Program-made: the position numbers and the translations under genes
The notes under the pieces: generated by a model
What the model saw: the letters and a program-made list of their open reading frames with translations, nothing else
Databases searched by the model: none
What the model was told of the DNA's origin: nothing
In this document: in pieces, positions 34,392 through 43,519 of the stretch
Layout: each line of letters opens with the position of its first letter
How positions within the stretch are numbered: the stretch's first letter is position 1
Source: an uncultured delta proteobacterium
GTDB lineage: Bacteria; Myxococcota_A; Polyangia; Polyangiales; Houyiibacteriaceae
Direction: 5' to 3'
Length of the DNA: 64,000 bases
Assembly: GCA_963699755.1 (NCBI GenBank)
Contig: CAVOVB010000001.1
Coordinates: 1,664,001-1,728,000 of the forward strand

Positions 34392-36565
34392 CGGCAGACC
34401 CCCATCCGGAAACGAGCGGGATCGCCGCCGCCGTCGCCGAGCTCGGTCGGGCCATGATTCACGGCCTCGCCTGGGCGGTTCTGGTCGCCACGATGGCTCC
34501 ATTGAGCTCGGTGCTCGTCGCGTTTGCAGGAGGCTTCGGTGGCTGTCTCGTGGGATCTCAGCTCGGACAGTCGCGCATCCGTACGCCCGCGATCTTCGCA
34601 GGAGCCGTGATTCTAATCGCCTTGGCTGCCTGGTTTCGTGCTTCGCTGACGCATAGCTCGTTCTTGGCGGCCTCCTTCGGTCCGGCTGGCGCCCTTCGCT
34701 TGGCCGGCATGCTCGCGGCGCTGCTGGTCGCTGCGATCGGCAGCGCCGCGATCCGAGCGGGTTCCACGCGTCGGGCGATCTTTTCGGTTTTGGAGTTACT
34801 TCTCGTCGCCGTTGCGTTCGGGCAGCTCTTCATCGCGCACCGACACGGCGCGATCAATCGACCTTTCTACTTGGCCGACTGGATCATCGCGCTTGGCTGG
34901 GACCCGACCTGGCTCTTCCTCCTCATGGGTGGGACGGCAACGGTATTCGGCCTCGTGCTCTTGCTTCGAGAGCAGCGCTTCGGGCGGGCCGTTCTCAACC
35001 TCGGTGTGATCGGGTTCCTGCTCGCGTTGATCGTCGTCGCCACGCCCCTCGTCGGAATGCCACCACCGCCCGACGGTGGAGGCGGGCTCGGTCTTCGTCC
35101 CGACGAGTCCGAAGCCAAGGAAGGCAAAGGTCAGCAGCAAGAGCGAGGCGGGGCTTCCGCCAGCGAGCTCGAGTTTCGGGACAAGTACAACCCCGGCGGT
35201 GCCCGCGTTCCCGTTGCGGTCGTCCTCTTCCACGACGACTACTCCCCGCCGAGCGGCGTCTACTACTTTCGACAGGGCGCGTTCAGTCAGTACAACGGGC
35301 GAAAGCTAGTGGTCTCCGGGCGCCAGGACGTCGATACCGATCTCATCCCGTATTTCCCAGCACGACTCACCGAGATCGAAAACGCGCCCGAGGTCAATGA
35401 GAATCGCGGGCCACTCGAGACGACGATCGCACTCATGGCCGACCACACCCAGCCGTTTGCGCTCGAGTCGCCGATCGAGGTCGAGCCGATGCAGAACCCC
35501 TCACCGAATCGATTCCGTCGCGTCTACCGCGCGCTGTCCGGCGTGCTCACCGCCGACTACACTTCCATGCTCGACGCAAATCCGGGGTCTTCAGAGTGGT
35601 CCAAAGAACAATGGGCGCACTACACCGAGACACCGCCCGATCCGCGCTACGCCGAGCTGGCGAACGAGCTCACCGCCGAGCTGCCTGCGAGGCTAGCGAA
35701 GAATCCGGTCGCGAAGGCCTTCGCGGTGACCGGCTGGCTCGGGCGCGAAGGCATCTACAGCCTCAAGAACGAGCACAGCAACGCCGAGGATCCCACTGCG
35801 AGCTTCTTGTTCGGCGATCGAACGGGCTATTGCGTGCACTTCGCCCATGCCGCGACCTACCTGATGCGAAGCCTCGGCCTTCCGGCCCGGGTGGCAACCG
35901 GCTATGCAGTAAGCGAATCGGCGCGGCAGGGCGGCTCCTCGTTGCTTCTGTCTGGCTCAGCGTCCCACGCTTGGCCCGAGATCTTCATCGATGACTTCGG
36001 CTGGGTGGTCTTGGATGTGTATCCGGAACGCGCGCTCGATCCTCCCGAGCAGCCCATGGACGCCGACTTGCAGCGGCTCCTCGGAGAGCTTGCCCGCGGT
36101 GCGTCTCCCATTCCGCTGTCTGCGACCGACTTGCCCAAGCTCAAAGAGTTGGCGCGTCGCATCTCGTTGACGTTCGGGACGTGGGTCTTGGCGCTTTTCG
36201 CCTTCGTACTGCTCCTGCTCTACTTGGGGAAGCTCTGGCGCCGAATGGCGCCCAGCTTGGCTCCGGCTGCTTCGCTGCCCAGGGTGATCTATCGAGCCGA
36301 GCTCGACCGCATCGGCGAGCTCGATGTTCGAAGAGGTCCCGGCGAGTCGCGAGAGGCCTTCGCGCGACGTGTGCGGGGCCGATTCCCTGCATTCGAGCCG
36401 TTGACCAATGCGCACCTTGCAGCGGCATTCGGCAGGCACCAGCCCGATCCCGGCAGCCTGCGCGATCAGGCAGCGGAGGTGCGCAGCGACATTCGCAAAG
36501 GATTCCCGCTTTGGAAGCGGTTTTTGGGGCTCCTCACGCCCTGGTCTTGGTTACGGTCAAAATGA
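34388..36565 (+). CDS. Membrane-anchored transglutaminase-like protein
   Basis: Multi-TM N-terminus; GYCVHFA..RSLGLPARVATGY, HAWPE, GWVVLD (C-H-D triad). Confidence 0.87.
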   Translation: MTADPHPETSGIAAAVAELGRAMIHGLAWAVLVATMAPLSSVLVAFAGGFGGCLVGSQLGQSRIRTPAIFAGAVILIALAAWFRASLTHSSFLAASFGPAGALRLAGMLAALLVAAIGSAAIRAGSTRRAIFSVLELLLVAVAFGQLFIAHRHGAINRPFYLADWIIALGWDPTWLFLLMGGTATVFGLVLLLREQRFGRAVLNLGVIGFLLALIVVATPLVGMPPPPDGGGGLGLRPDESEAKEGKGQQQERGGASASELEFRDKYNPGGARVPVAVVLFHDDYSPPSGVYYFRQGAFSQYNGRKLVVSGRQDVDTDLIPYFPARLTEIENAPEVNENRGPLETTIALMADHTQPFALESPIEVEPMQNPSPNRFRRVYRALSGVLTADYTSMLDANPGSSEWSKEQWAHYTETPPDPRYAELANELTAELPARLAKNPVAKAFAVTGWLGREGIYSLKNEHSNAEDPTASFLFGDRTGYCVHFAHAATYLMRSLGLPARVATGYAVSESARQGGSSLLLSGSASHAWPEIFIDDFGWVVLDVYPERALDPPEQPMDADLQRLLGELARGASPIPLSATDLPKLKELARRISLTFGTWVLALFAFVLLLLYLGKLWRRMAPSLAPAASLPRVIYRAELDRIGELDVRRGPGESREAFARRVRGRFPAFEPLTNAHLAAAFGRHQPDPGSLRDQAAEVRSDIRKGFPLWKRFLGLLTPWSWLRSK

Positions 36566-36598
36566 TGCCATCCTTCTCAACTGGAGACCGGAGCTGAA

Positions 36599-37612
36599 AT
36601 GCAGCAAGCGATTCAATCACCCATCGATGACAGCCTCAGTGGCGCGCGCGAGGTCGCCGAACGCCTGGGCGCCCGCCTGAGAGCCGCCGTTCGAGGTCGG
36701 GACGAGGTGGTCGAGCTGGTGCTCGTCGCGCTGCTTTCCGACGGCCACGTGCTTCTCGAAGACTATCCGGGCTCCGGCAAGACGACACTTGCACGCGCGC
36801 TTGGCAATGCGCTCGAAGAAGGAGACGGCACCTCCGGCGTTGCCGCGTTCCGCCGCATCCAGTTCACACCGGATCTGCTTCCCAGCGACATTACGGGCAC
36901 GAACATCTTCGACGTGGAGACGAGCCGCTTCGCATTTCGTCGTGGCCCCGTGTTCGCGCACATCGTACTGGCGGACGAGATCAACCGCACCTCCCCAAAG
37001 GTGCAGGCGGCCATGCTCGAAGCAATGGCCGAGAAACAGGTCACGGTCGACAACCACTCGTATCTGCTCGACGACCTGTTTTTCGTCATTGCCACGCAGA
37101 ACCCGCTCGACTTGGCCGGTACGTACCCGCTTCCGACGCCGCAGCTCGATCGTTTCCTCTTCAAGATCGAGATGAAGCACATCGACCGCGCCTCCGAGCT
37201 CGAGGTGCTGGATCAGTATCCACGGGCCAGCCTCGAAGTCGCCCGCGATCATCCCGGCGTGACCCGCGGGGAAATTCTCGCGGCGCGGCGGCAGACCCGC
37301 GGTGCAGTTCACGTCGCCCCTGTCGTGAAGGAGGCCTTGGTGGACCTGGCGCGCCTGCTTCGAAGCGATTCCCGTGTCCTTCAGGGGGCGTCGACCCGCG
37401 CGCTGGTCTTGATGCTGCCCGCACTTCAGGCTCGTGCCGTCATCTACGGGAGGGACTTCGTTTCCCCAGAAGACATTGCGGCGCTGGCGCCGTACGTGTT
37501 CAAACACCGACTCGAGTGTGCGCCCGGCGTAGAAGACGTGGACGCGCTCATCGAAGAGGCTACCGCCGTCGAGGTCGAAAAGCTCGCGCGGGCGAGCCTG
37601 CGTCGCGGTTGA
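36599..37612 (+). CDS. MoxR-family AAA+ ATPase
   Basis: HVLLEDYPGSGKT, RIQFTPDLLPSD, LADEINR, ATQNP, QLDRF. Confidence 0.95.
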   Translation: MQQAIQSPIDDSLSGAREVAERLGARLRAAVRGRDEVVELVLVALLSDGHVLLEDYPGSGKTTLARALGNALEEGDGTSGVAAFRRIQFTPDLLPSDITGTNIFDVETSRFAFRRGPVFAHIVLADEINRTSPKVQAAMLEAMAEKQVTVDNHSYLLDDLFFVIATQNPLDLAGTYPLPTPQLDRFLFKIEMKHIDRASELEVLDQYPRASLEVARDHPGVTRGEILAARRQTRGAVHVAPVVKEALVDLARLLRSDSRVLQGASTRALVLMLPALQARAVIYGRDFVSPEDIAALAPYVFKHRLECAPGVEDVDALIEEATAVEVEKLARASLRRG

Positions 37613-37614
37613 CG

Positions 37615-39588
37615 ATGCCCGCCACCGAGTCAGCTCGCGTCGTGCAAGTGATGCTGGCAGCGCTGCTGGCGGCGATTTGCGTCGCCGTCCACCCGGCTTC
37701 TCCTGCGGCCGCGGACGATATGATGGCGCCGCTGCTGCTCGAGGGGGAAGAGGCCGAAGTCGAAGAGCTCGCGCTGTGGGAGCTGATCGAACGCGAGCGC
37801 TATGTGAGATCTCGCGAGGAAGCCGAGAAGTACTTGCAAGAGCACCCGAGCTCGTACGTTGCACACCTCGTTCTCGGCATGGCGCAGCACTACGGTGAGG
37901 CGAATTTCCCCAAGGCCCTATTTCACGAAGCCCGCGCCCTCGCGCTTTTCGAGGCGGCCGAAGGCGTACAGCCGACGCCGAGTCAGCCCTGGCGATGGCA
38001 CGCGAGAATCTTGACCGCGCTGACCCGGGCGCACGGCGACCTCGAGCACTACGACGAGCAGCTTGGTTTCATGTACCGGTACAACGAGCTCTACACCCCG
38101 CAGCTCAAGGCCGAGCTCGCCTGGCCCTTGATGAAGAAGCGAGACTTCGCAAAGGCGCGACTCGCAGCAGAAGAGGGATTGGCCACCGCCGATCCCTATC
38201 AAATCGAGCGCGCAAAGAACGCCCTGTGTGCCATCGAGTATGAGGCCGGCGACGACGAGAAGGCCTACGAGGTCTGCGCCGACGCAGTGGAGTACGGGCG
38301 CACGCATTTCGGCAGCGCGACGGCGGTCGACCTTGGGAACTTCGCCGAAGCGGCCAGGTCGGTCTTTCGGTTCGACGAAGCGGAGCGCCTCTTGATGGAC
38401 GCATCGAAGGGCGGGCTTTCCTGGTATGGGAACCCCTGGCTCGAGCTAGCCGATCTCTACATGAGAGCGGGCCGCTTTGCCGAAGCCTTGTCGGCCCTCC
38501 GGGAAGTCCCACGCCATCGGGCAGCTCGGCCGGCGCACGTGCGCGACTCGGATCGCAACGAGGCGCGCCGGTCTCTGGCGGCGTTTCTTCTCCTGATGGG
38601 ACGGCCCGACGAAGCGCTGCGCATCACCGACAAGGCTGCCGTGCTTCCGGACCGCCGTGCGCACAACAGCCGCGATCCGGAGCAAGATCGGAGCATCGTC
38701 GCACTGCTCGATCGGCAAGCGCGCTTGATGTTGGCCGAGATGACCTTGGAGCGGGCCGCTGCCAAGCCGTTTCACCTGCGCTGCTGGGCGCATGGAAAAG
38801 CGCTTTTGCTGCGGTTCCAGGCCTGGATGAGCGCTCGGCAAGTCGTTCGCTTCCTCGACGACGAAACGAGGCTGGTAGGTACCTTTGCTCTCGGGACCGC
38901 GCGGAGCGCAGTCATGCCATCTTGGCTTTTGGGCGAGCTCATTGGTGTTCTCGGTCCCGGAGTGGTCAGGGCGGCGGTGACCGAGATGCGCCGTGAAGAC
39001 CGGAGGCAGGGCGCGGCCCCCTACTATGACGCCGTGCTTGCCGAGGTGTCGTTGGCGCAGCGAGAGTACGACGAAGCGATCGAGCACGCGGAGAAGGCGC
39101 TCCGCCAGTTGCCGCCGGGAGACGCGCTCCTGCGGGAACGCGTTCGTGCGGTCTTGGGGAGGTCACTGTCTGATCCACGCGAAACGACGTCGCTCTACGA
39201 AGAAGTTCTCGGAACCGACCCAGGTTTGTTCCGTCGCTTGGGCTGGGCGCTTCCCGCCGAAGTCGAGTCGGGCGACGCTGAAATCGACCGGACTCTGGCA
39301 AGCGCGGTGATGCGATCTCCGCGTTTCGAGCGATCGAGCAACGGCCTTCGCATCCAAATCGACAGCGCACGAATTTGCTTGTTCGGCCGCACTGGCGCGG
39401 CTTGGGGCTGCAGCGACGTGGGGCTTCAAGAGGACGAAAGCGCGGAGACCTACGCGGAGCGCATCGTCGACTCGTTTCACGCCGCGATCTTTTCGCCTCG
39501 CGTCGACCTGAGTCGCATCGACATCAATTCGCTCGATGGCTCGAATCGGGTCACCCGCAATCCGCTCGATATGCTCCTCCCCCCATGA
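37615..39588 (+). CDS. Secreted TPR-like repeat protein
   Basis: Signal peptide (ASPAAA), helical repeats such as LADLYMRAGRFAEAL and YDEAIEHAEKAL. Confidence 0.72.
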   Translation: MPATESARVVQVMLAALLAAICVAVHPASPAAADDMMAPLLLEGEEAEVEELALWELIERERYVRSREEAEKYLQEHPSSYVAHLVLGMAQHYGEANFPKALFHEARALALFEAAEGVQPTPSQPWRWHARILTALTRAHGDLEHYDEQLGFMYRYNELYTPQLKAELAWPLMKKRDFAKARLAAEEGLATADPYQIERAKNALCAIEYEAGDDEKAYEVCADAVEYGRTHFGSATAVDLGNFAEAARSVFRFDEAERLLMDASKGGLSWYGNPWLELADLYMRAGRFAEALSALREVPRHRAARPAHVRDSDRNEARRSLAAFLLLMGRPDEALRITDKAAVLPDRRAHNSRDPEQDRSIVALLDRQARLMLAEMTLERAAAKPFHLRCWAHGKALLLRFQAWMSARQVVRFLDDETRLVGTFALGTARSAVMPSWLLGELIGVLGPGVVRAAVTEMRREDRRQGAAPYYDAVLAEVSLAQREYDEAIEHAEKALRQLPPGDALLRERVRAVLGRSLSDPRETTSLYEEVLGTDPGLFRRLGWALPAEVESGDAEIDRTLASAVMRSPRFERSSNGLRIQIDSARICLFGRTGAAWGCSDVGLQEDESAETYAERIVDSFHAAIFSPRVDLSRIDINSLDGSNRVTRNPLDMLLPP

Positions 39589-39674
39589 AGTCGACCCCGT
39601 AGAGTCGTCGCTTTGCGTCGACCACGGGGCTTCGCCTCTGGTCTTGTGGGCAAGGGTGTGTCTTACTGCGGGCC

Positions 39675-40235
39675 GTGAGCAATACCTGGGTTCGTCTCGC
39701 GCTTCTGGCGGCCTTTCTGATTGGCGTCTACCTGATCGGTCGAGCCACCGGTTTCACCGACCAGCTCACTGTCGACGGCATTCGCGCATCGATGCGGGCC
39801 GCAGGGGTCGGAGGATTTGCCGTTTTCGTGGCGGTCTTCTGCGTGGGCCAGCTGCTCTACATCCCGGGTTTCGTTTTCGTCATGGTGTCGGGGCTTGCTT
39901 ACGGTCCATTCTGGGGTTCTCTCGCCTCGGTGATCGCAGCCACGATATCGGTTGCCGTTTCGTTCTTCATCGTGCGCACGATTGGTGGTCAGCCCCTCAA
40001 GAACCTCAACATCAAGCGCCCGTTTCTCCAGAAGCCTCTGGACCGCCTCGAGCAGCAGCCCATTCGCTCGATGATCGTCATCCGGCTCTTCCTCTGGGCG
40101 ATTCCCCCGGTGAACTACACTCTGGCCATGTCCGGGGTGACCTTCCGCGACTACATGATCGCTGCAATCATCGGGATGACCCCGCCTTTCGTCGCGCTTT
40201 CGGTGGCGGCGGGCTTGGGGTTCAACCTCTTGTAG
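39675..40235 (+). CDS. TVP38/TMEM64 (DedA/VTT) membrane protein
   Basis: YIPG..GLAYGPFWG, IRL..P..VNY..SGVTFRDY..GMTP. Confidence 0.88.
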   Translation: MSNTWVRLALLAAFLIGVYLIGRATGFTDQLTVDGIRASMRAAGVGGFAVFVAVFCVGQLLYIPGFVFVMVSGLAYGPFWGSLASVIAATISVAVSFFIVRTIGGQPLKNLNIKRPFLQKPLDRLEQQPIRSMIVIRLFLWAIPPVNYTLAMSGVTFRDYMIAAIIGMTPPFVALSVAAGLGFNLL

Positions 40236-40238
40236 CGA

Positions 40239-41285
40239 CTATTTCCGCCGGGTGAGGGGGATGCTGGTGTCGGGGAGGGTTTGTTCGGCCGAGTCGGCTT
40301 TCTCCAGGGCGTCCCGGGCAGCGAATGGCTTCGTCGGTGGCTCGCTGAGCTGCGCGCGCTCGAGTTGGGCAGTGGCCCATCGCACGCTTTGCGCGATCAC
40401 ATGGGAGTCGGTGACCTCGTCGGTCGCGCGCAGAAGCATCGCGAGGTCCCGCGCCATCTCCCGGCTCGAGGTGTAGCGTTCGATCGGGTTTCGGCGAAGT
40501 GCCTTGTTGATGATCTCGACGAGGCGCTCGGGCAGGTCGTCGCGAAACTCCCCGAGGTCAGGCGCGTCCGACGCGCGGATCGTGCCGAGGACTTTGAGCG
40601 GGTCCTCGCCCTTGAAAAGCTTCTCACCTGCCAGAATCTCCCAGAGCACGACGCCGGCGCTGAACACGTCGGTCTGCGCGCTTGGTTCCGCTTCGTAGGT
40701 CAGCTCGGGTGCCAAATAGGAAATCTTGCCCTTTACGAAACCGGGCTTGGTGATCGAGCTGCGATCCATCGCGCGAGCCAGACCGAAGTCGGTTAGCTTC
40801 ACGACGCCGCAGTTGCTCAACATCACGTTTTGCGGAGTGACATCTCGATGAAAGACCGGGGCCGGCCTTCCTTCCGCATCCAGGCGCGCATGCGCTGCGT
40901 GAAGAGCCTCGAGGACTTCGATTCCGATCGCGGCGGTCAGGCTCCAAGGGGTATGGTGCCCGTGCGCCCTGTGGGCTCGACGCCACTCGGAAAGCGTCAG
41001 GCCTTCGACCCACTCGAGAACCAGATAGTACTCGCCGTTGCGATCCCGATCGAAGTCGTGAATCTGAGCGATGTTCGGGTGATCGAGCTCGGAGACGACG
41101 CGCGCCTCTTCGACGAACATCTTGAGAAACTCGGGGTTCTGACTGAGCGGCGCAAGCACGCGTTTGATCGCGACAGGCCGCGTGAAGCCGGCCGCTCCGT
41201 GCGTCTGCCCGCGATACACCTTGGCCATCCCGCCTTCGCCGGCGAGCTCTAGGACCTCGTATTTTCCGCCAAGCAGTTCCACCAT
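40239..41285 (-). CDS. Hanks-type Ser/Thr protein kinase (cytoplasmic)
   Basis: GEGGMAKVY, VAIK, HRDVTPQN, TDFG, YLAPE, DVFSAG. Confidence 0.94.
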   Translation of the reverse strand: MVELLGGKYEVLELAGEGGMAKVYRGQTHGAAGFTRPVAIKRVLAPLSQNPEFLKMFVEEARVVSELDHPNIAQIHDFDRDRNGEYYLVLEWVEGLTLSEWRRAHRAHGHHTPWSLTAAIGIEVLEALHAAHARLDAEGRPAPVFHRDVTPQNVMLSNCGVVKLTDFGLARAMDRSSITKPGFVKGKISYLAPELTYEAEPSAQTDVFSAGVVLWEILAGEKLFKGEDPLKVLGTIRASDAPDLGEFRDDLPERLVEIINKALRRNPIERYTSSREMARDLAMLLRATDEVTDSHVIAQSVRWATAQLERAQLSEPPTKPFAARDALEKADSAEQTLPDTSIPLTRRK

Positions 41286-41303
41286 AGGAGGGCGGCTGAA
41301 CCC

Positions 41304-41624
41304 TCAACTTTCTTTAGCAGAAAGCAGGGCCTCGAGTTCACCCTTCTCGTACATCTCACGAATGATGTCACAGCCGCCCACGAACTTACCCCGGACGTAA
41401 AGCTGCGGGATCGTTGGCCAGTTGGCGAACTCCTTGATTCCCTGCCGGATGGCCTGGTCTTCGAGGACGTTCACATCCTGGAACTCCGAGCCGGAGCGGC
41501 GCAGGACCTCGACCACGGTCGCGGAGAAGCCGCACTGCGGAAAATGCTTGGTGCCTTTCATGAAGAGCACGACCTCGTTGCCTTCGATGATGCCCTGAAT
41601 CCGTTCTCGCAAGGTATCTTCCAT
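41304..41624 (-). CDS. grxD: Monothiol glutaredoxin (Grx4)
   Basis: VLFMKGT..FPQCGFS, WPTIPQLYV..FVGGCDI. Confidence 0.95.
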   Translation of the reverse strand: MEDTLRERIQGIIEGNEVVLFMKGTKHFPQCGFSATVVEVLRRSGSEFQDVNVLEDQAIRQGIKEFANWPTIPQLYVRGKFVGGCDIIREMYEKGELEALLSAKES

Positions 41625-41627
41625 CGT

Positions 41628-41882
41628 TTAACCCTCTGCCTTAGCCCAACTCTCGGGCGAGTAGGTCTTGAGCGCAAGTGCGTGGACCGGCCCGGCCATC
41701 AGCTCGCCCAGGGCAGCGTAGACCATTTGGTGCTGCTCGATGGGGGTTTTTCCAGCGAAAGCCGCCGAGACGACCAGCGCCTCCCAATGGTCCTTGGTGC
41801 CGGTCAGGTCCCTGATTACCAAATGGGAGACCTCTCCGAGACCTTCACGAATTCGCTGTTCCAAGACCTCTGCTTCAAGCAT
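41628..41882 (-). CDS. BolA/IbaG family protein
   Basis: DH..VVSAAFAGK..QHQMVY..VHALALKT; adjacent to grxD. Confidence 0.92.
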   Translation of the reverse strand: MLEAEVLEQRIREGLGEVSHLVIRDLTGTKDHWEALVVSAAFAGKTPIEQHQMVYAALGELMAGPVHALALKTYSPESWAKAEG

Positions 41883-41959
41883 CGCGGCGCCTCCACTGCA
41901 ATCCCCGGGCTACGGCCCGTGAACGTGCTTGTCAATCGCCAAGAAAGTCACTGAGCGAG

Positions 41960-42424
41960 TCAATGCACTCCGAACAGCCGCTTCACCGAGGGCCGCGCAA
42001 GGACGATGATCGTGAAGATGCCTAGAACCGTACCAAAGGGAAACATGAGGCATTCGCCCCAGCCCGTGAGGTAGCAGAACGTCCACCAGCGACGTTTGCG
42101 GATCTGAACCCCGACCAGGGCGAGGTGCACGGCGCTGATCAGCGCGAGCAGGAGCCCGGCGACGATCATGGTCGTGATCAGGGTGTTGAGGTCTTGAGCC
42201 ATCGCTTCGGGGCTGCCTCCGAATGTGTCGGTGACGACTTGTCCCGGGATTTCACCCATCGCCATCCCGAGATCACTTCCGACCTCATCGATGAGCTTCG
42301 CGCCGGCTACCCCGAACATCAGCGTCGGAATTCCACCGAGCACGGCCACCCCGGCCAAGATGAAATGGCCGATCGAAAGCGCGCTCAGGTGCTCTCTGTC
42401 TTCCGCGGTTGGCTCTTCTTCCAA
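41960..42424 (-). CDS. Hypothetical membrane protein
   Basis: HLSALSIGH, C..FPFGTVLGIFTIIVL.RPSVK; 3-4 TM. Confidence 0.72.
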   Translation of the reverse strand: MEEEPTAEDREHLSALSIGHFILAGVAVLGGIPTLMFGVAGAKLIDEVGSDLGMAMGEIPGQVVTDTFGGSPEAMAQDLNTLITTMIVAGLLLALISAVHLALVGVQIRKRRWWTFCYLTGWGECLMFPFGTVLGIFTIIVLARPSVKRLFGVH

Positions 42425-42461
42425 GCGATCCCCTTTTCAGATCGTGCTATGCCGCCAGCCC

Positions 42462-43391
42462 ATGGGCAAGGTCGCATTTGTTTTCCCGGGTCAAGGCAGC
42501 CAAAAAGTCGGCATGGGTCGCGACGCATTCGAGGCGTCCGATGCAGCACGCAGTGTCTTCGAAGAAGCCGATGAGGCGCTCGGCGAAAGCCTCTCGCAGC
42601 TCTGTTTCGAAGGTCCCGAGGAAGACCTGAAGCTCACCTCCAATACCCAGCCCGCGGTTCTGACCGCGTCGATCGCGATCCTGCGTGCGCTCGACGCGCC
42701 GTTCGACGTCGTGGCCGGACACAGCCTCGGTGAGTACTCGGCGCACGTTGCAGCGGGCACGCTCGAGCTTGGCGACGCGGTGCGGCTCGTGCGAAAGCGC
42801 GGCGAGTACATGCAAGAGGCCGTGCCGTATGGCGAGGGCTCGATGGCTGCGGTGCTCAAGGCTGACCGCAGTCTCGTCGAACGGATCTGTGCCGAGGTCC
42901 CCGGCCTCGTCGAGGCCGTCAACTACAATTCCCCTCAGCAAATCGTGATCGCCGGCGAGACGTCCGCTGTGAGCGAGGCCGGGACGAAGCTGCAAGCCGC
43001 CGGCGCACGAGCGAGCACCCTTCCGGTCAGCGCGCCGTTTCACTCCAGCTTGATGGAGCCCGCCGAAGCGCGGTTGCGCTTAGACATCGAACAAATCGCG
43101 CTCTCGGATCCGCGCGTGCCGGTGTATGTCAATGTGGACGCCAAGCCGATCCGCGATTCCGCCGCGGCAAAGGACGCGCTGGTCCGACAGGTGAGCCGGC
43201 CGGTTCTTTGGGAGGAGAGTGTCCGCAAAATGATCGACGACGGGGTTTCGCTCTTCGTCGAAGTGGGTCCGGGTAGGGTCCTGACCGGTCTCTTGGCTCG
43301 AATCGACAAGCGCGCGGGCCGGGTCAGCGTCCAGGGCCCGTCCGACTTCGCCGCGGCCAGAGACGCCATCGCGGAAGTCCACGGTGGCTGA
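42462..43391 (+). CDS. fabD: Malonyl-CoA:ACP transacylase
   Basis: FVFPGQGSQ, TQPA, GHSLGEY, LPVSAPFHS, EVGPG. Confidence 0.96.
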   Translation: MGKVAFVFPGQGSQKVGMGRDAFEASDAARSVFEEADEALGESLSQLCFEGPEEDLKLTSNTQPAVLTASIAILRALDAPFDVVAGHSLGEYSAHVAAGTLELGDAVRLVRKRGEYMQEAVPYGEGSMAAVLKADRSLVERICAEVPGLVEAVNYNSPQQIVIAGETSAVSEAGTKLQAAGARASTLPVSAPFHSSLMEPAEARLRLDIEQIALSDPRVPVYVNVDAKPIRDSAAAKDALVRQVSRPVLWEESVRKMIDDGVSLFVEVGPGRVLTGLLARIDKRAGRVSVQGPSDFAAARDAIAEVHGG

Positions 43392-43519
43392 TTTCGCTGT
43401 AATTCCAAGGCCGTGACCGAAACGGGCCGGCTGCGTTTGACCTAATTTCGAAATCTTGTAAAAACGCGCCGCCCGCCAGCATTTAACCGGGGTCGGGCTC
43501 GAATAGAGGTTCAGCGGAT

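Noticed and set aside
42462..43391. fabD as part of a PKS or secondary-metabolite cluster
   Set aside because: No KS, ACP or tailoring genes nearby; housekeeping context
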